DNA from: Paraspadella gotoi
Lineage: Eukaryota > Animalia > Chaetognatha
DNA length: 64,000 nucleotides
Reading direction: 5' to 3'
NCBI GenBank assembly: GCA_051294375.1
Contig: CM119263.1
Location: 5,516,823 to 5,580,822 of the forward strand
The position numbers and the translations under genes are program-made. This document shows, piece after piece, positions 10,544-24,043 of this stretch. The notes under the pieces are model-generated. The model did not search any database. It was not told where the DNA came from and worked only from the letters and a program-made list of their open reading frames with translations. The stretch's first letter is position 1, and each line of letters opens with the position of its first letter.

Positions 10544-13352
10544 CTTTTATTTCGTTAAAAGAGAGAAAAACAAAAAGAAAGAAAATGAGAGCGGATCTCG
10601 GTTTTATGATTGTTGTTCGTTCTTCTTTCATTTTCCTTGTTATTAAATAAAAAAAAAAACTGCTTTGTCAGTTAGGTTTTTTTACGAAACCCGGATTATT
10701 CTTTTTAATTGTCTTTTATTGTTGAAATTTTATTTTTAGTCTGTCAGTGTTTTAGAATATATTTTGGATTTAACTTTAAGAGTGGGTTTTTAGTTTGTTT
10801 TGTTAATCCGTAACTTGTTTCGTTTTCTCGAAATATTTGTGTTTTTTTTCGTCGTTTAGAAATCTGTGTCTTCGTCTTTTTGATGTTTTGTGCCAGAAAC
10901 GAAAAACACTCTTTTTTGGGTCGAAATAGTTTGACGTTTGAGTTCGACCTTTTTTAAAATTTCTCACAGATTATGAATTAACGAGCTGTTACGCAAGTCG
11001 GAAACAGCGACGAAACCGATGATACGACGTAAATTTATATCGTGAACAGAAAAAAAAAAGATGAATTAAATGTTCAAAATTTTTCGTTGACGCCCCTTCG
11101 ATAGTGTTTCTTTTTTTTAGGCAAAGTTACAAGTTATTACAATTTATACATCACTCCTTTATTTTTTACTTAATATTAAATAAAAGCTAATTCCTAACCC
11201 TAACGTTTAATCTATTTCTTAAACCTAACAACTAACAATTCCAAAATTAAAATGAAATGTGGCGTCATGAGAAAAGAAGGCACACACGGCTTAGATTTTT
11301 TTTCACTTACTCGCTTCTTTATACTGACTATTAGATCTGACTTTTAAATATTTTTAAAATAGAAATCCGCATTTCTTAGACAGGAAGCTCAAAAATTGTA
11401 TTTTACAATGAAAATCTCAAGCATATTTATAAGAATGAATACAACAAATACAACTCTTTTTTGAATTTTTTTTTGTATCGAGACACTATAATAATTAGGT
11501 ACAAGTGCCATTATTGCTCGTAGCACTGTGTTAATTAATACTTTGTGAAGAGGGAGAGATAATGAGAATCGAATTTGGTATTTTTAACAAATTAAAACTG
11601 AAAAGAATAGAATAAACTTCAAAATGTCTGATTATAGGCCAACCCTAGTGCAGTTCAGTGAGAACAAAGTCCTTTCATGCGATCAGGTGCAACAATTTCA
11701 GTACAAAAGCATTTTTAAATTATTAAACGTGTCATTTTTTTAAGGCAGGTTTGAAAACAAACTAAAAATCTCTTTTGACCAGTTTATTTATGAGTAAATC
11801 ATTGTTTTGCCTTGGGTTTATTATTATCTATCTGATGAAGTTTTAACGAAAAAATAATAATTTTATACATTTTTTTGAGCATTTAGAATTGACAAAACTC
11901 TGCCTTCAAACGTATTTCCACGCGTTAATGCAATCATCAGCAACGACACGATCCAGAGTTTTTAGCTGATTGGTCGATTCACCCGGGCCCTGTTCTGATT
12001 GGTCAAGAATACAATGTTTTGATTCTTGACGTGATTGGTCGGTCCCGGGACAATCGTGGGAATTAGAGTAAAAGACAATGTTGCTGTAATTAAGCTACAT
12101 ACGTTCGAAATGAAAAAAAAATCTCAAAGAACAAATGATTGAAGCTAATTCAGAAGAGATGACGCGTTGGCTTTCGTTTAAGAATAACCTTTTGCTTAAG
12201 GTATTAAATGGTTCATTATTTATGAAATTTTGAGTTGAAAGTTAAGAATATTTAAAAAAAAGTCAGCGCAACATCTAGTCTGAATTTTGCCCCCCAAAAA
12301 ACTTTTTTGTGTACACAGAGCTGCCTATGGCTGTTAGAATCCCGCGATTGATTTTTTGTTTATAAATCGAGGAGATCTTTTTAAACAAAAACATTTTCTA
12401 GAAACTACAAATAAAATAAAATAAAAACCGGTTCAACAGAGACTTATACATATGAACAATAGCGTATTAAGAAATGTAAAATAAACGATCTAGTAAATAA
12501 AAACATATTTAAATGATTAGAAATGAAAAAAAAAAAAAATCTCCGAGGAAGTGACGAGATGGGAATGGAAGCGCGATTGACTTGTTGCTGTTTTGTTTAT
12601 TAAATTGAAAACAATAAACAAACAAAAGAGAGACTAGAGATATCTTTGGCTCAGCGGGATTCATTGCATGATTGGCTCGAGGAGATATACTTCAAGGTTC
12701 ATATTTAAAGTTAAAAACTACAGTCTGAATATTTTTAGAAATAAAATAATACGTTTGACTAGCACTCTGATAGAATTGTCCAAAGTTTTATAACTTGAAA
12801 TTTTATGGCAAGAAGGAATGTTTTACCTCATGGCCCGATAGAGGGCCGCGTCTCAAAAAAAAAAAAAAAAAATAAACAACAAAAGATCAGGATAAAACAT
12901 AAATCGTTATGAAGATGAATAACGGAGGTTGGAAGGAGCGAAACAATCTCGAATTTATATACACAAACGTTTAACATTAGATGTATAAACCTCATTCAAC
13001 TCCTTAAAAATATTGAAACAGCTTTGGTTTTATTTTAGTAGGTGGGAAGACAGGAGCAAAAAAGAAAAGAGAAATATGAGTATGTTATACAACCCTGGTT
13101 TTTTTTGTTTTCTGAAATGAAAATAAAAAAGCAATGAATACGGGAGACGATGGACAAGTTAAGCAGTGAAATCATGGAACTATTGCTTGATGGTACAACT
13201 TGCAAGATGGCAAAATGGCGCTATTGAGCGATGGCACCACTGCTGTTGTTGTCTCATCAACTCTTCACGGATAAATTGCTTTGCTTTTGATAAATAGAAA
13301 ATTTGAGGAAAAAAATTTACTTAAACGTGTAAAGGTAGAGAGAAAGAAAAAG

Positions 13353-13443
<91 letters not shown>

Positions 13444-13444
13444 C

Positions 13445-13481
<37 letters not shown>

Positions 13482-14096
13482 TTTTAACATGGGATGCTTC
13501 CAAGAATAATCCTTTTATGATTGTTATTGTAAAAATAAAAAAAAAGACATAAATAAGATGAGGATTTTTGTATAAACTGTACATAAAACAACGGAAGGAT
13601 TTTTGTTTTTTATAAGACTCAACATTATTTTATTTTTGGTAATAAATCAATAAAAAAAACTTCATCGGTTTTTGGTTGACAAGAAAAATAAGAGTGAGAG
13701 AGAGAGAGACAAACAAGGAAGTAGTCTTTTTTTTAATACATCGTTTGTTTAAAAAAAAAGTTCACGTAGTAATATAATCAACAGGATTTTTTATAATTCG
13801 TTCTTGCGCAGGAATGAATGATGATGATGACGACGATGATGATAACGATGATAAACCGGAAACGACGCAATGAACGAAGATGAGGGCGAAAACGGCGACG
13901 ACGAAACAGACAAAACAAAGAGCAAAACATCACGCAAAAACGAAACGGGAGCTCTTTGTTTTCTTTTTTTCTCGAATTCGGCAACAAAGAGATGGAGACG
14001 GGGGGGGAGGGGGTGAGTGTCGGCGGCGGTGGAAGGAGGAAGGGGTGGGGGGGGGGAAAGGGAAGCGGGGGGGAGTTCCCCCCCACACGTTGGGGA

Positions 14097-14350
14097 CTAT
14101 TTGGCGGGAGAGACGATGGAAGAGGAATAGCCTTGCGAATTGCAGGTCGGAAGAGCGAACGGGTTCATCCCGGAGAAGGGAGCTGGCGCGACGAGGCTAC
14201 TCATTCCCATGTTGGCCAAATTGGTGGAGGAACCGTAGCCGTTCATGTTGGAGGTGGTGCTGTAGCTGGAGCCGTTGCTGGAGTGAGGTGTGGAGCCGTT
14301 GGAGCCGTAGCCTCGAGGGGAGACGGAATTGGACTGACCCCGAGAGTAGC
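14097..14350 (-). CDS. COE: COE/EBF (collier/knot) terminal exon
   Basis: GYSRGQSNSVSPRGYG...MNPFALPTCNSQGYSSSIVSPAK*. It resembles the arthropod collier C-terminus (NPFALPTCN.QGYS) and has a phase-1 acceptor. Confidence 0.9.
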
Positions 14351-14717
14351 CTAAGGAGGAGGAGGAAGAGGAGAAAAGCCCTGTTAGGAAAAAGAAGGAG
14401 GAAGAGGAAAGGGGGAGAGAGAGAGGGAGAGAGAGTCAGAACCGTAGGGGATCTGTCTCTGATCTGTCTGTTTCTGTTAGTGAGTGACTCTGTCTCTGTC
14501 TCTATCTTTTTCTCGATGATGGTATCTGTCTCCATAAATCTCTCTTTCATTCATTAGTTAATAGTGATTCATTCAGTCATTCAAAAATTCTTTTATTCAT
14601 CAAGTCATTGATTGATTGATTCATTTATTCATTCACTCATTCTTGGCGGTGTTACCCGACCCAGTAGGATCTAATTTACCCTAAAATCCCCAACTTTCCC
14701 CAACCCCTTCCTCTTAC

Positions 14718-14940
14718 CGTTCGTGTCCCCAACTGAGACGGCGAGTTGACTGGTGTACGTGTTAAACCCGGACGCGGCCGACGCCATATTGTTGACGGCC
14801 GGGCTGCGCGGAGCCCCGAGGGCGAGTTGGTTGGGATTACGGGGCATCGAGTAAAGAGCCTCAGCCAAATCCGCCGCCCGTTTGAGGATGATCTCTTTGG
14901 GCAACTTCTCTGGGTCCCCGGGATGGCGTGGCACGAGTTT
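14718..14940 (-). CDS. COE: COE/EBF HLH exon
   Basis: [34 protein letters not shown]. Single helix 2 (invertebrate type); GT-AG boundaries. Confidence 0.95.
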
Positions 14941-14945
14941 CTGTC

Positions 14946-15004
<59 letters not shown>

Positions 15005-15197
15005 TTAATTAGTAATTATATCATATTATTATTTGATAAATGCAAAGATATTGCATACTCAATGAATAAGATCGATAAAGAAATTAGTTTTTTTATATTA
15101 TTTTCTGTAAACGAAAAAAAAATCTAGCTTTACATGTACTTCAGTAAAATAATTTAATATTAAGAAATAACTATATTTATAAAAACAATTCTAATTA

Positions 15198-15455
<258 letters not shown>

Positions 15456-15695
15456 TTAAGAGTTTTTAATGAATGACTTTTTGATTTAGAAATGTTTTAA
15501 TGTTTGAATTCTTATAATACTTATAAGTAAGTAAAATATTCATATCGCACCGGCGAAAGAATGTATGAAGAATATGAAGAAAAATCGGCTCTTCGAAGAA
15601 CAGAGGGTTAGACAAAAGGCCACGATCTCTAAATCTGTTTCCTAAAATTATCGCGAGAGGACACAAAAGACAATAATAATAGATTTGAAATACAG

Positions 15696-17769
15696 TATCG
15701 GTTTTGAAGAACCTGGAAAAGTCCAGGGAGGCTGTAACTTTTTTGTAAATGCTGGAAATCAGCTGAAAATCGAATACGGGTTAGACCTGAGGGTGGTTTA
15801 TTCCCCATAAGAGTTTGAGCCACTTTAAAAAAATAGTGAATGGGCATTTTTTTGGACAAAAAATAAATTTGCATACTGTAAAAAAAATATGGTAGTAAAT
15901 ACTCTTATATTATGGTGATATAACCGGGAGGGGTTGCCTAAACCAGTGGTAAACAAAATGATCAAATACAGCTTTGTTAAAACTCATTTGCATACAGTAG
16001 CAATATATTTTTTATAATATTGTATTTTCAGTCTTATGATAATTTTAAAAAAATTTATTTCAAATAATAGCTAACTGATACACCAATAACATACAATGAA
16101 TAAAATAGAATATTTGTTATTCTTTAATCCAAAATTAATTTTCAACAAAATATCAAAATATGCATTTTTTTGAACAAATGTTTTTTTAAAAAATAGTAAT
16201 TATGCCAACCAACTGTCCTCGGTGCACTGATTACAAATATTAATTTTTTTTTAATACGACTACTATATTATGAAATATAACCCTTCAAACCTTAAAAAAT
16301 ATAGAAAAACACCCTTAATTCAAACTTTAATAAAAACCATTCCAATGATATTACATCTCTCTTACTTTAATACATATCAAGGAGAACCATCAGGTTTATT
16401 TTGTGAAAGTTATAGATAACTTTGATAAGGAATGACTGCACAGGAAGGCGAAAAATAGATGGATGAACTACATCAGCTTGTAATTGAATAATATACTCTT
16501 GCTTAATAAGGCGGAACAAAGTAAAAACTAAGAGTTCTGTAATATAAATAATGTTAGAGCATCCCTGTGGGATGACGAATTAAAAAAAAAATTAAAATTT
16601 TATATATATAAATAAATATAGAAGCTTTTAAAGTTTAATCGTATTACTATAAATCATGAAATTTTTTTTTTCAAAATCAGAATTTTTAAAAGCGGATTCG
16701 GGTAGAGATTGAAAAAATAAATAAAAATATTACTACAAGATTTTTAAATTTTATTGTTTTATTGCTTAATTTAAACAAAAACTATAAAAATTGTGGTACG
16801 ACGATGATGATGATGATTTTAAAGAGTTTTTTCCGTTATTTGACCCACTTATCATCAAAATATTGAAAAACGCATTATACTTTGTGTAGAAACTTTTTAT
16901 GGGCTATCTGAATCGGTTCTTAAAAAGAAAAATTTTACTTTGTTCCGCCTTATTAAGCAAGAGTACATTATTCAATTACAAGCTGATATAGTTCATCTAT
17001 TTTTCGCCTTCCTGTGCAGTGTGCAGTCATTCCTTATCGAAGTTATCTATAACTTTCACAAAATAAACCTGATGGTTCTCCTTGATATGTATTAAAGTAA
17101 GAGAGATGTAATATCAATGGAACGGTTTTTATCAAAGTTTGAATTAGGTGTTTTTCTGTATTTTTTAAGGTTTTGAAGGGTTATATTTCATAATAGTAGT
17201 CGTATTTAAAAAAAAAAATTATATATTTGTAATCAGTGCACGAGGACAGTTGGTTGGCAATAATTACTATTTTTAAAAAACATTTGTTCAAAACAATGCA
17301 TATTTTGATATTTTGTTGAAAATTAATTTTGGATTAAAGAATAACAAATATTCTATTTTATTCATTGTATGTTATTGGTGTATCAGTTAGCTATTATTTG
17401 AAATAAATTTTTTTTAAATTATCATAAGACTGAAAATACAATATTATAAAAAAATATATTGCTACTGTATGCAAATGAGTTTTAACAAAGCTGTATTTGA
17501 TCATTTTGTTTTACCACTGGTTTAGGCAACCTCTCCCGGTTATATCACCATAATAAAGAGTATTTACTACCATATTTTTTTTACAGTATGCAAATTAATT
17601 TTTTGTCCAAAAAAATGCCCATTCACTATTTTTTTTAAAAGTGGCTCAAACTCTTAATGGGGAATAAACCACCCTCAGGTCTAACCCGTATTCGATTTTC
17701 AGCTGATTTCCAGCATTTACAAAAAAGTTACAGCCTCCCTGGACTTTTCCAGGTTCTTCAAAACCGATA
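15696..17769. mobile_element. Foldback-type element with ~830-bp inverted arms (about 15696-16526 and 16932-17769) and a ~400-bp AT-rich spacer
   Basis: TATCGGTTTTGAAGAACCTGG... at the left is the reverse complement of ...CCAGGTTCTTCAAAACCGATA at the right. Identity extends inward to gcttaataaggcggaacaaagtaaaa / ttttactttgttccgccttattaagc. No transposase ORF. Confidence 0.8.
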
Positions 17770-19064
17770 TAAAATTGAAAGTTGGACAAAGATAAGTTAA
17801 TGTTTTTTTCGAAATTTTGACTATAATGATTGTTAATCGGGACGGTTCAGAATGTCTTAAACTGATAAGCTAAAAAAGCGTTTCGCCAATAAGTGAATAA
17901 CTCTCGAAATTGTACTGAAAATTATGAACATGAAATCGTAATCTCTATTTTCTCGTTAAAATAAAAAGAAGTAAACAAACGACGGACCGACCAACTCATT
18001 ATCATCGGCCATTTTTTCCCGCGTTTTTCTTATCCCAAAATAGCTTCGGCCACGCCCCCCCGTCTTCCCCCCTCAGTCGCCCCTTTTGACGACTCCATAT
18101 TTCATTCCCTTAGGAGGCCGTGACTCTGGAGAGAAGGAAAACCTCAGCAACAACAACAACAACAACAACCGGGAAGGATAAAACTTTATTTAGAATATTA
18201 GGCATATATTCTATATATTTAGAGAAAAGGGCAGCCGGCTGAGAGATAAAATATTAGATAAGAGAAGAAAAAAGAGAAGAGTGAAAGATAAAACAATAGA
18301 AAAGAAAAAGAGAAGAAAAAAATTCGATAAAGAAAATAGAAAAATTTCGGTTTACAATCGTCAACGTATCACGTGACGGTCGTGTGATAACGCCACGAGG
18401 GTCACGTGACATCGCGGCGTCAGTCACGTGACTCAGCGTGAAATACGGCGTCGCCATAAAAAGGCGTCGTAGGGACGAAAGGCGCCGACGACGACGATGA
18501 CGACGACGACGACGACGGTGACGACGACGACGATTTCTCATTCGCAGGTTTTATGGCGAAAACATGAATTCGGTTCTGACCTAAACTCACCTTTTTTTTT
18601 CTTTTTTCTTTCTTTTTTTCTATTTTTAGAAACAAAAGAGAAAATAAATTCCAATTTGTATAAAAATGGTTTCGTCAATCAAAGTTTGTAGGCGGGAATA
18701 GCCTAGGTTCACCCCGCCTATAAGAATGACACTTTCAGTTGTGACCCGGTGGCTAATTGAGTGAAGCCATCAGCTCATGACCGCGGGTTACCGGATCGGT
18801 CGTAAGCCGCCTTGGGGGCGTGGCAAACCCTCAAGCCTTGTTCCCAGCCCAGGACCCGTTCCAAGGCTGCTAGAGGGGGTTATAGAAGTTACCTATAGTC
18901 ATCTTCAGCCCACTTAGGGCCTATAAACTTTAAACTTTATTTTAAGTTAAAGCAAATGACTTTATGCCTCCCCCTTCAGCAATGCGACAAAAATTTATAA
19001 ACTTTTATTATACTTTTTTAAGAATTAAATCGACGAAAAAACAAAAAAAAATCCAGATTCTTCT

Positions 19065-21629
19065 TCATTTTCCCTTCTTCCCCTTCCCTCCTTTTCCTTT
19101 TGCCGGCGGACCCGCGGCCTTCGCCGCCACCAACGCCTCCACCTTGTCCACCCCCGCCCCCCATTGCGTCTTCTGCTTCTCCACGCGCTCCTCCAGGGTG
19201 GTCGCCGCCTTCCGAACTTTGGAGTCGATCGTGGATGAGACGAGAGCAAGAAGGTCTGGCGCAGAGCATTCATCTAGGTAGCGCTCGAGATGCTCCGCAG
19301 AGGTGAGCACCTGAGAGAGTATCGAAGCATTACATTAGGTTTGCTGAAAATCGGAAGAATTCAAGGTTTGCAATAACCAAAATCTCATTTGCATATTGCA
19401 GTATTTACTCTTGATTCACAATCACCTTCGGATGCAATAGATTGTACAATTCCTCCTCCTCAATTCTTTTCCTCTCTCTCTCCTCATCCGCTTCATCCAC
19501 CCATTCTCTCATCTCCGTCGACATCGCCTCGCAAAGCGGCGGAATGGCCGGCGGCAGCAGCGGCGGCAGCAGCTGATCTTCAACCAAGAATTTGCTCGAC
19601 GCTGCGCCCGTCGCTTTGGCCGTCACTGACCCTTTAGACTTTCCCGTTTTGGCGTGCTGGCTGTCCCGATTGACGGTCAAGTCGGCGTCTCCGTGCAACC
19701 TAGGCGACTGTCGGCTTCCGTTGACGGTCGAGTCTGATTTCTGAGACTTTGGGGAAGCGACGCCTAGGTTCTGATCGTTGTCATCGTTGGCGTTGGCGTT
19801 GGTCATTGAATTGGAGTTGGCGTTGCCAAAAGCGTATGCATAATTCGTGTGACTCTGGATATTAAAATTGAGGTATCCAAAATTATCGTCATTATAGTCG
19901 TCGTCCACAACTTCTTGATAACTGCCATAATCGTCTTTGGATAAAGGATGAAATCGATGGATATTCCGAGACACTGCGTCCTCTTCCGTTTTGCCGCTCG
20001 CCGCCGCCGCAGCTTCCGCCGCTGCCACCGCCTCAGCTTCTCTCGCCGCGATCTCTTCCACAAAGACTTCCGCTGCGTGATGCGGCACTACTGTTGTCGC
20101 TTGAGTCTCGTAGCGAAGATAAACATCGTGAACGCGTCGACCGCTGTGTGGACGAAGTGTTGCGGGATAAGGGATGTTGTTGAGATGGTTCGACAAAGGG
20201 CGTTGATTAGTTTTACTCAGCCATTAGACCTTTTCCCCCATTATGTGACGAAGAAAGTGATTGATGCCTACGTGGTGATGCAAAGTCCCTAGCATGATTC
20301 CAAGCCCAGATTCTTCTTGATTAAGACATGGGTGTGTTTGAAGATCTCAAAGACCTTAAAGACCAAAAATCTTCCTTGTACCGTCCCGTGACCTGTCCAT
20401 CGAACTTATTAACTCTTTCCACCTGATTTTGAGGAGTTCCGGGTTTTCTTCAGTCTCATGGACGAAACTGACGAGAGTGTAGAGTCGGTGTAGCCTGAAA
20501 TCTTGGAGGATCGTGGCGGAGACGTATTGGATAATTTCTTCGATCTGAAGAGAGATGGGATTTTTGTTGCTGTGGTCTTTTTTTCTTTTTCCAATTCCTT
20601 GAGGCGCTACCTGTTCCTCCGTAAATATCTTGGCGAAGGCTCTGTTGTAGACGTGAGCGTGGAGACACTTTACGAGCCTCGCGAAGATTGGACGTCTTTC
20701 GATCTTGGCGTGCATCTGATGAATCAAGCAGAGAAAATGAATCGCTTGACGCGCGTGGAACTTTTTATCGGCGGCGAATCGAATGGCGGCGACGAAGACG
20801 TCGAGGACGATCGCATCGTCGAGATCAGATTCGAAATCCTTCAAGTCCAGCAGCTCAGCCATCTGCCCTTGCAGCTCGGCGGCGTCGGAGCGGCTGCGTC
20901 TGTCGCGCTGCTGCCGCATAATTCGCTCTATGCTTCGTCGACACCACTCCTTGTCGAAGCTGGCGACAACTTCGTCCTCTTCAGTCTCGAGGACGATGGG
21001 ATTCTTGGAACCGGTCGTTGGCTCAGTTTCGTCGGCGGCGTTGGGCGTTGGCGGTTCCAAGTTCGAAGCCGCCGCCGCCTCCGATTCCGTCCGTTCGTCC
21101 GCCTCGGAGATTATCGGAAGATTTTTCGACGGAACTCTGGGAAGACGAAGATTCAGTCCATCGAGATCAAACCCTTAACTTTTCCGGGGAGATGAAATAT
21201 CAATTCGAGTCGAAGAATATTTATCCCTGTCAATCATCTCTCAGAATTCTTCCGCATCTCCTCGCATCTCCCCCTCGCATCTCCATTCACCTGCCACCCG
21301 CGACCAAAGACGGAAACCGCTGAAAGTAGTCTCCCTCCATATCGACGTCTTCTTCTTCCTCCTGCATCTCCGGCACCTCCGTCTCGGACAGCGTCGTCAG
21401 CAGGTGCAGCGACGGAGCAGCGAATCTATGCGCCAGACGGTGGAATCGCCCTTCGATCTTCAGATGGCTGAGGAGGGCGTCTTGAGGAGGAAGCATGTCC
21501 CCGTCGGCATCGCCAAAGTCGGCAAGGTCGGCAAGGTCGGTGGCGCCGGGACACGAGCAGCGCCGACATTCCGTCGTAGGTTCAGCGTCTGTCGGCGCCG
21601 CGAACTGGTCCTCGTTGACGCCGCAAATG
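19065..21629 (-). CDS. C8orf74/CABCOCO1-like (flagellar C1a-32-type domain) protein nested in a COE intron; exons 21629-21291, 21136-20611, 20544-20423, 20143-19426, 19310-19065
   Basis: The in-phase GT-AG model gives LDLKDFESDLDDAIVLDVFVAAIRFAADKKF...FTEEQIEEIIQYVSATILQDFRLH...PPAIPPLCEAMSTEMREW...KGKGGKGKKGK*. From memory this parallels C8orf74 (SILLDTLYESIIFAVGKGF; PPHPLPLAEGM; basic KGKK tail). The start exon was not located. Confidence 0.75.
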
Positions 21630-21692
21630 CTGGGAAGAGTCCGGGGGATTGCGAAGAGGGTTGACGGGTTTTGGAGTCAAGGGACGGCAACG

Positions 21693-21800
21693 TGGACGGC
21701 AATCGGGATGGCAATCGGGATGGCAATCGGGATGGCAATCGGGATGGCGATCGAAATGTAATTCAGGATGGCAATGGGGATGGCGAGAGACAGGATGGGA
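21693..21800. repeat. 12-bp tandem repeat (GATGGCAATCGG)n
   Basis: About four near-perfect units plus degenerate flanks. Confidence 0.85.
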
Positions 21801-23989
21801 ATTACCGACGTAATTTATAGATGAATCGTTAATTATTAATCATAAATACATGCAAAATATAGAAAAGAATAAAAAAATAGACAATTTATTTTTTTACCAT
21901 TCCTCCTCCTCTTCCTCCTCCTTTTCTTCCTCAACCGTAGAACAAATATGTTTTGTCTCGCAACAATTCATCTTTTCTTTTCCCCAGGATGAAGTTTTAC
22001 AATTTAATAATTAAATTATTTAATTTATAGTAGTTTTTTTTTTGTAAACGAATGACATTAGATTTCGAAACGGTAATCTCTCAAATCTAAGACTTTTTTT
22101 TTAAGAACAAAAAGTTTGCTCGATAATGAATTAATCAATATCAAAGCTTTTAGATAAGAACCGCGATAATAACAATGAAAATAACAAAGAGAATACGAAA
22201 GGACGACGACGACGACGACGACGACGACGACTGAAGAGGTGCATTAAAGAGAAACGAAGATGGCGACGGAGGGCAGGGGTTTCGAAAGGGGGGGGGAGGT
22301 GCCAGGGGGCGTGCGGTGGCAGGGGGGGTGGAGGGCCAAGGAATAATCCCGCCACTTAGTAGGGGATCGAGAAGAGCCAAGACCGGCTGCGGCAGAGCGG
22401 CTGCGGCCGGACCCGCAGCGGCCGAAGCGGCGCAGAATTGGGGCCGGGGATTTATGCTTCCTTCTCTTGACCCTTCGTCGTTTTGGTCCAAGAAAATATA
22501 GAAAACAAAGATGGACGAAGGGTTTTGGGGGGGGGAGAGGGGGAGGGGGGGGAGAGGGAGAGGAAAGAGAAGGGGGGGATGGAGAGGGGAGAGGGAAGGA
22601 GAAGGGGAAGACGGGGAAGGAGAGGAGGAGAAAGAGAGAAAGAGAGGAAAAGGAAGAGAGGAAAAGAAAGAGTGGGGAGAGGTAGGAAAAGGAAGAGAAT
22701 GAGAGGACGAGGAAAAATAAAGAAAAAGAAGAAGGAGAAGAGAAAAGAAAAGGAGAAGAAAACTAGAAAAAAAAAGGAAAGAAAATAGAAAGAAAAGAAG
22801 AAATAAAAAAACTTGAGTCGACAATGAGGTTAGAAAAAATATAATTGTTTTAGAACATTTGACTCGAAATCAAAAGAATTTTCAAATTCTTCTAAATTTG
22901 AAAAACAACGATTCGTTTATCGATTCGCGCGGCTCGACATCATTTCTAAGAAATCGAAAAAAAAAGACGGAAAAAGAAAAATGAGTTTTTCTCTGTTTTG
23001 CAAAGAGAAACATTTCCGTCGGTGGCTGCTGCTGCAGAGGATACTGCGGCTGCTGCTGCTGCCACTATTGCTGCCTCTACAGCATAAACCGGAAGAAGAA
23101 ATGGAAAGGTTTCTTCTTCGCTTGACCATGCGCTCTGTCGTCGTCGTCGTCCTCTTCCTCCTCCTCCTCCTCGTCGTCCTCATCGTCGTCGTCGGGGGGA
23201 ACTGACCCCATGACCCCAGGCATGATGGGCATCGCAATTCTGGGAGATTCTGCCTCTAAAGGGCAGCACCGCTTTTCGGACCCGCGGGGATCGGGGACCG
23301 GGGATGGGGAACCGTGGGGAACCGTGGGGAAGGGGGAGAGTTGGGGGGTGGGAGGGATGGGTGACCCTTTTGCGGGGCGATGAGGTTTGGGTCCAAAATT
23401 GACGTCAAAATTTAATGGAGGATTTTGTTTCAGATCTGATTATCGTTTCGAGAAATTAAGAAAAGCCTTTGTTTGAAATTTGTCTCACTTTTCTTGCCAT
23501 CGGAAATTGAAGGAAAAAATTTTCAATTATTTATTTGTACATTAAAACAAATTTGATAGAAATATCTGTTTATTTTAAATTAACTTTAATTCACTCATGA
23601 AAATTAAAATTCACTTTAGTTCTTCTTACCAGGTTTATTTTACATTGCAATAAAAGCACTCTGTTTTCTCGCTCAATCTCTATCCTTTCCTTTTCATGTT
23701 TTTTCCTCTCTTTCCTTCCTCTCTTCTTTCTTCCTCTTTCTTTTCTTCCTTTCTGCCTCCTTCCTCGGTTATTCCTTCTACTCTCTTTCCTTCCTCTCTT
23801 CTTTCCTTCCTCTATTCTTTCCTTCCTTTCTTTTTCTTTCCACTCCGATTTTCTTTCCTCTTTCCTTTTTTCCTTTTTCCTCTCTCCTCCGTTTCTCCCT
23901 CCACCTCTTCTCCCTCTTCCCTCCCTTTGTTTTGAGGGTCTTGCCCTCTCATAATTCCGATGTCCATCTGATGGTCAAATGCTTCAAAT

Positions 23990-24043
<54 letters not shown>
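23990..24043. repeat. (GCC)n microsatellite
   Basis: Uninterrupted GCC run. Confidence 0.95.

Noticed and set aside
13281-13584. ERERER/SLSLSL ORFs here and throughout the window
   Set aside because: They are translations of (GA)n/(TC)n microsatellites with no coding signal.
22917-23260. Acidic D/E-rich reading frame as a possible exon
   Set aside because: Explained by (GAC)n/(GAG)n microsatellites; no convincing in-phase splice partners found.
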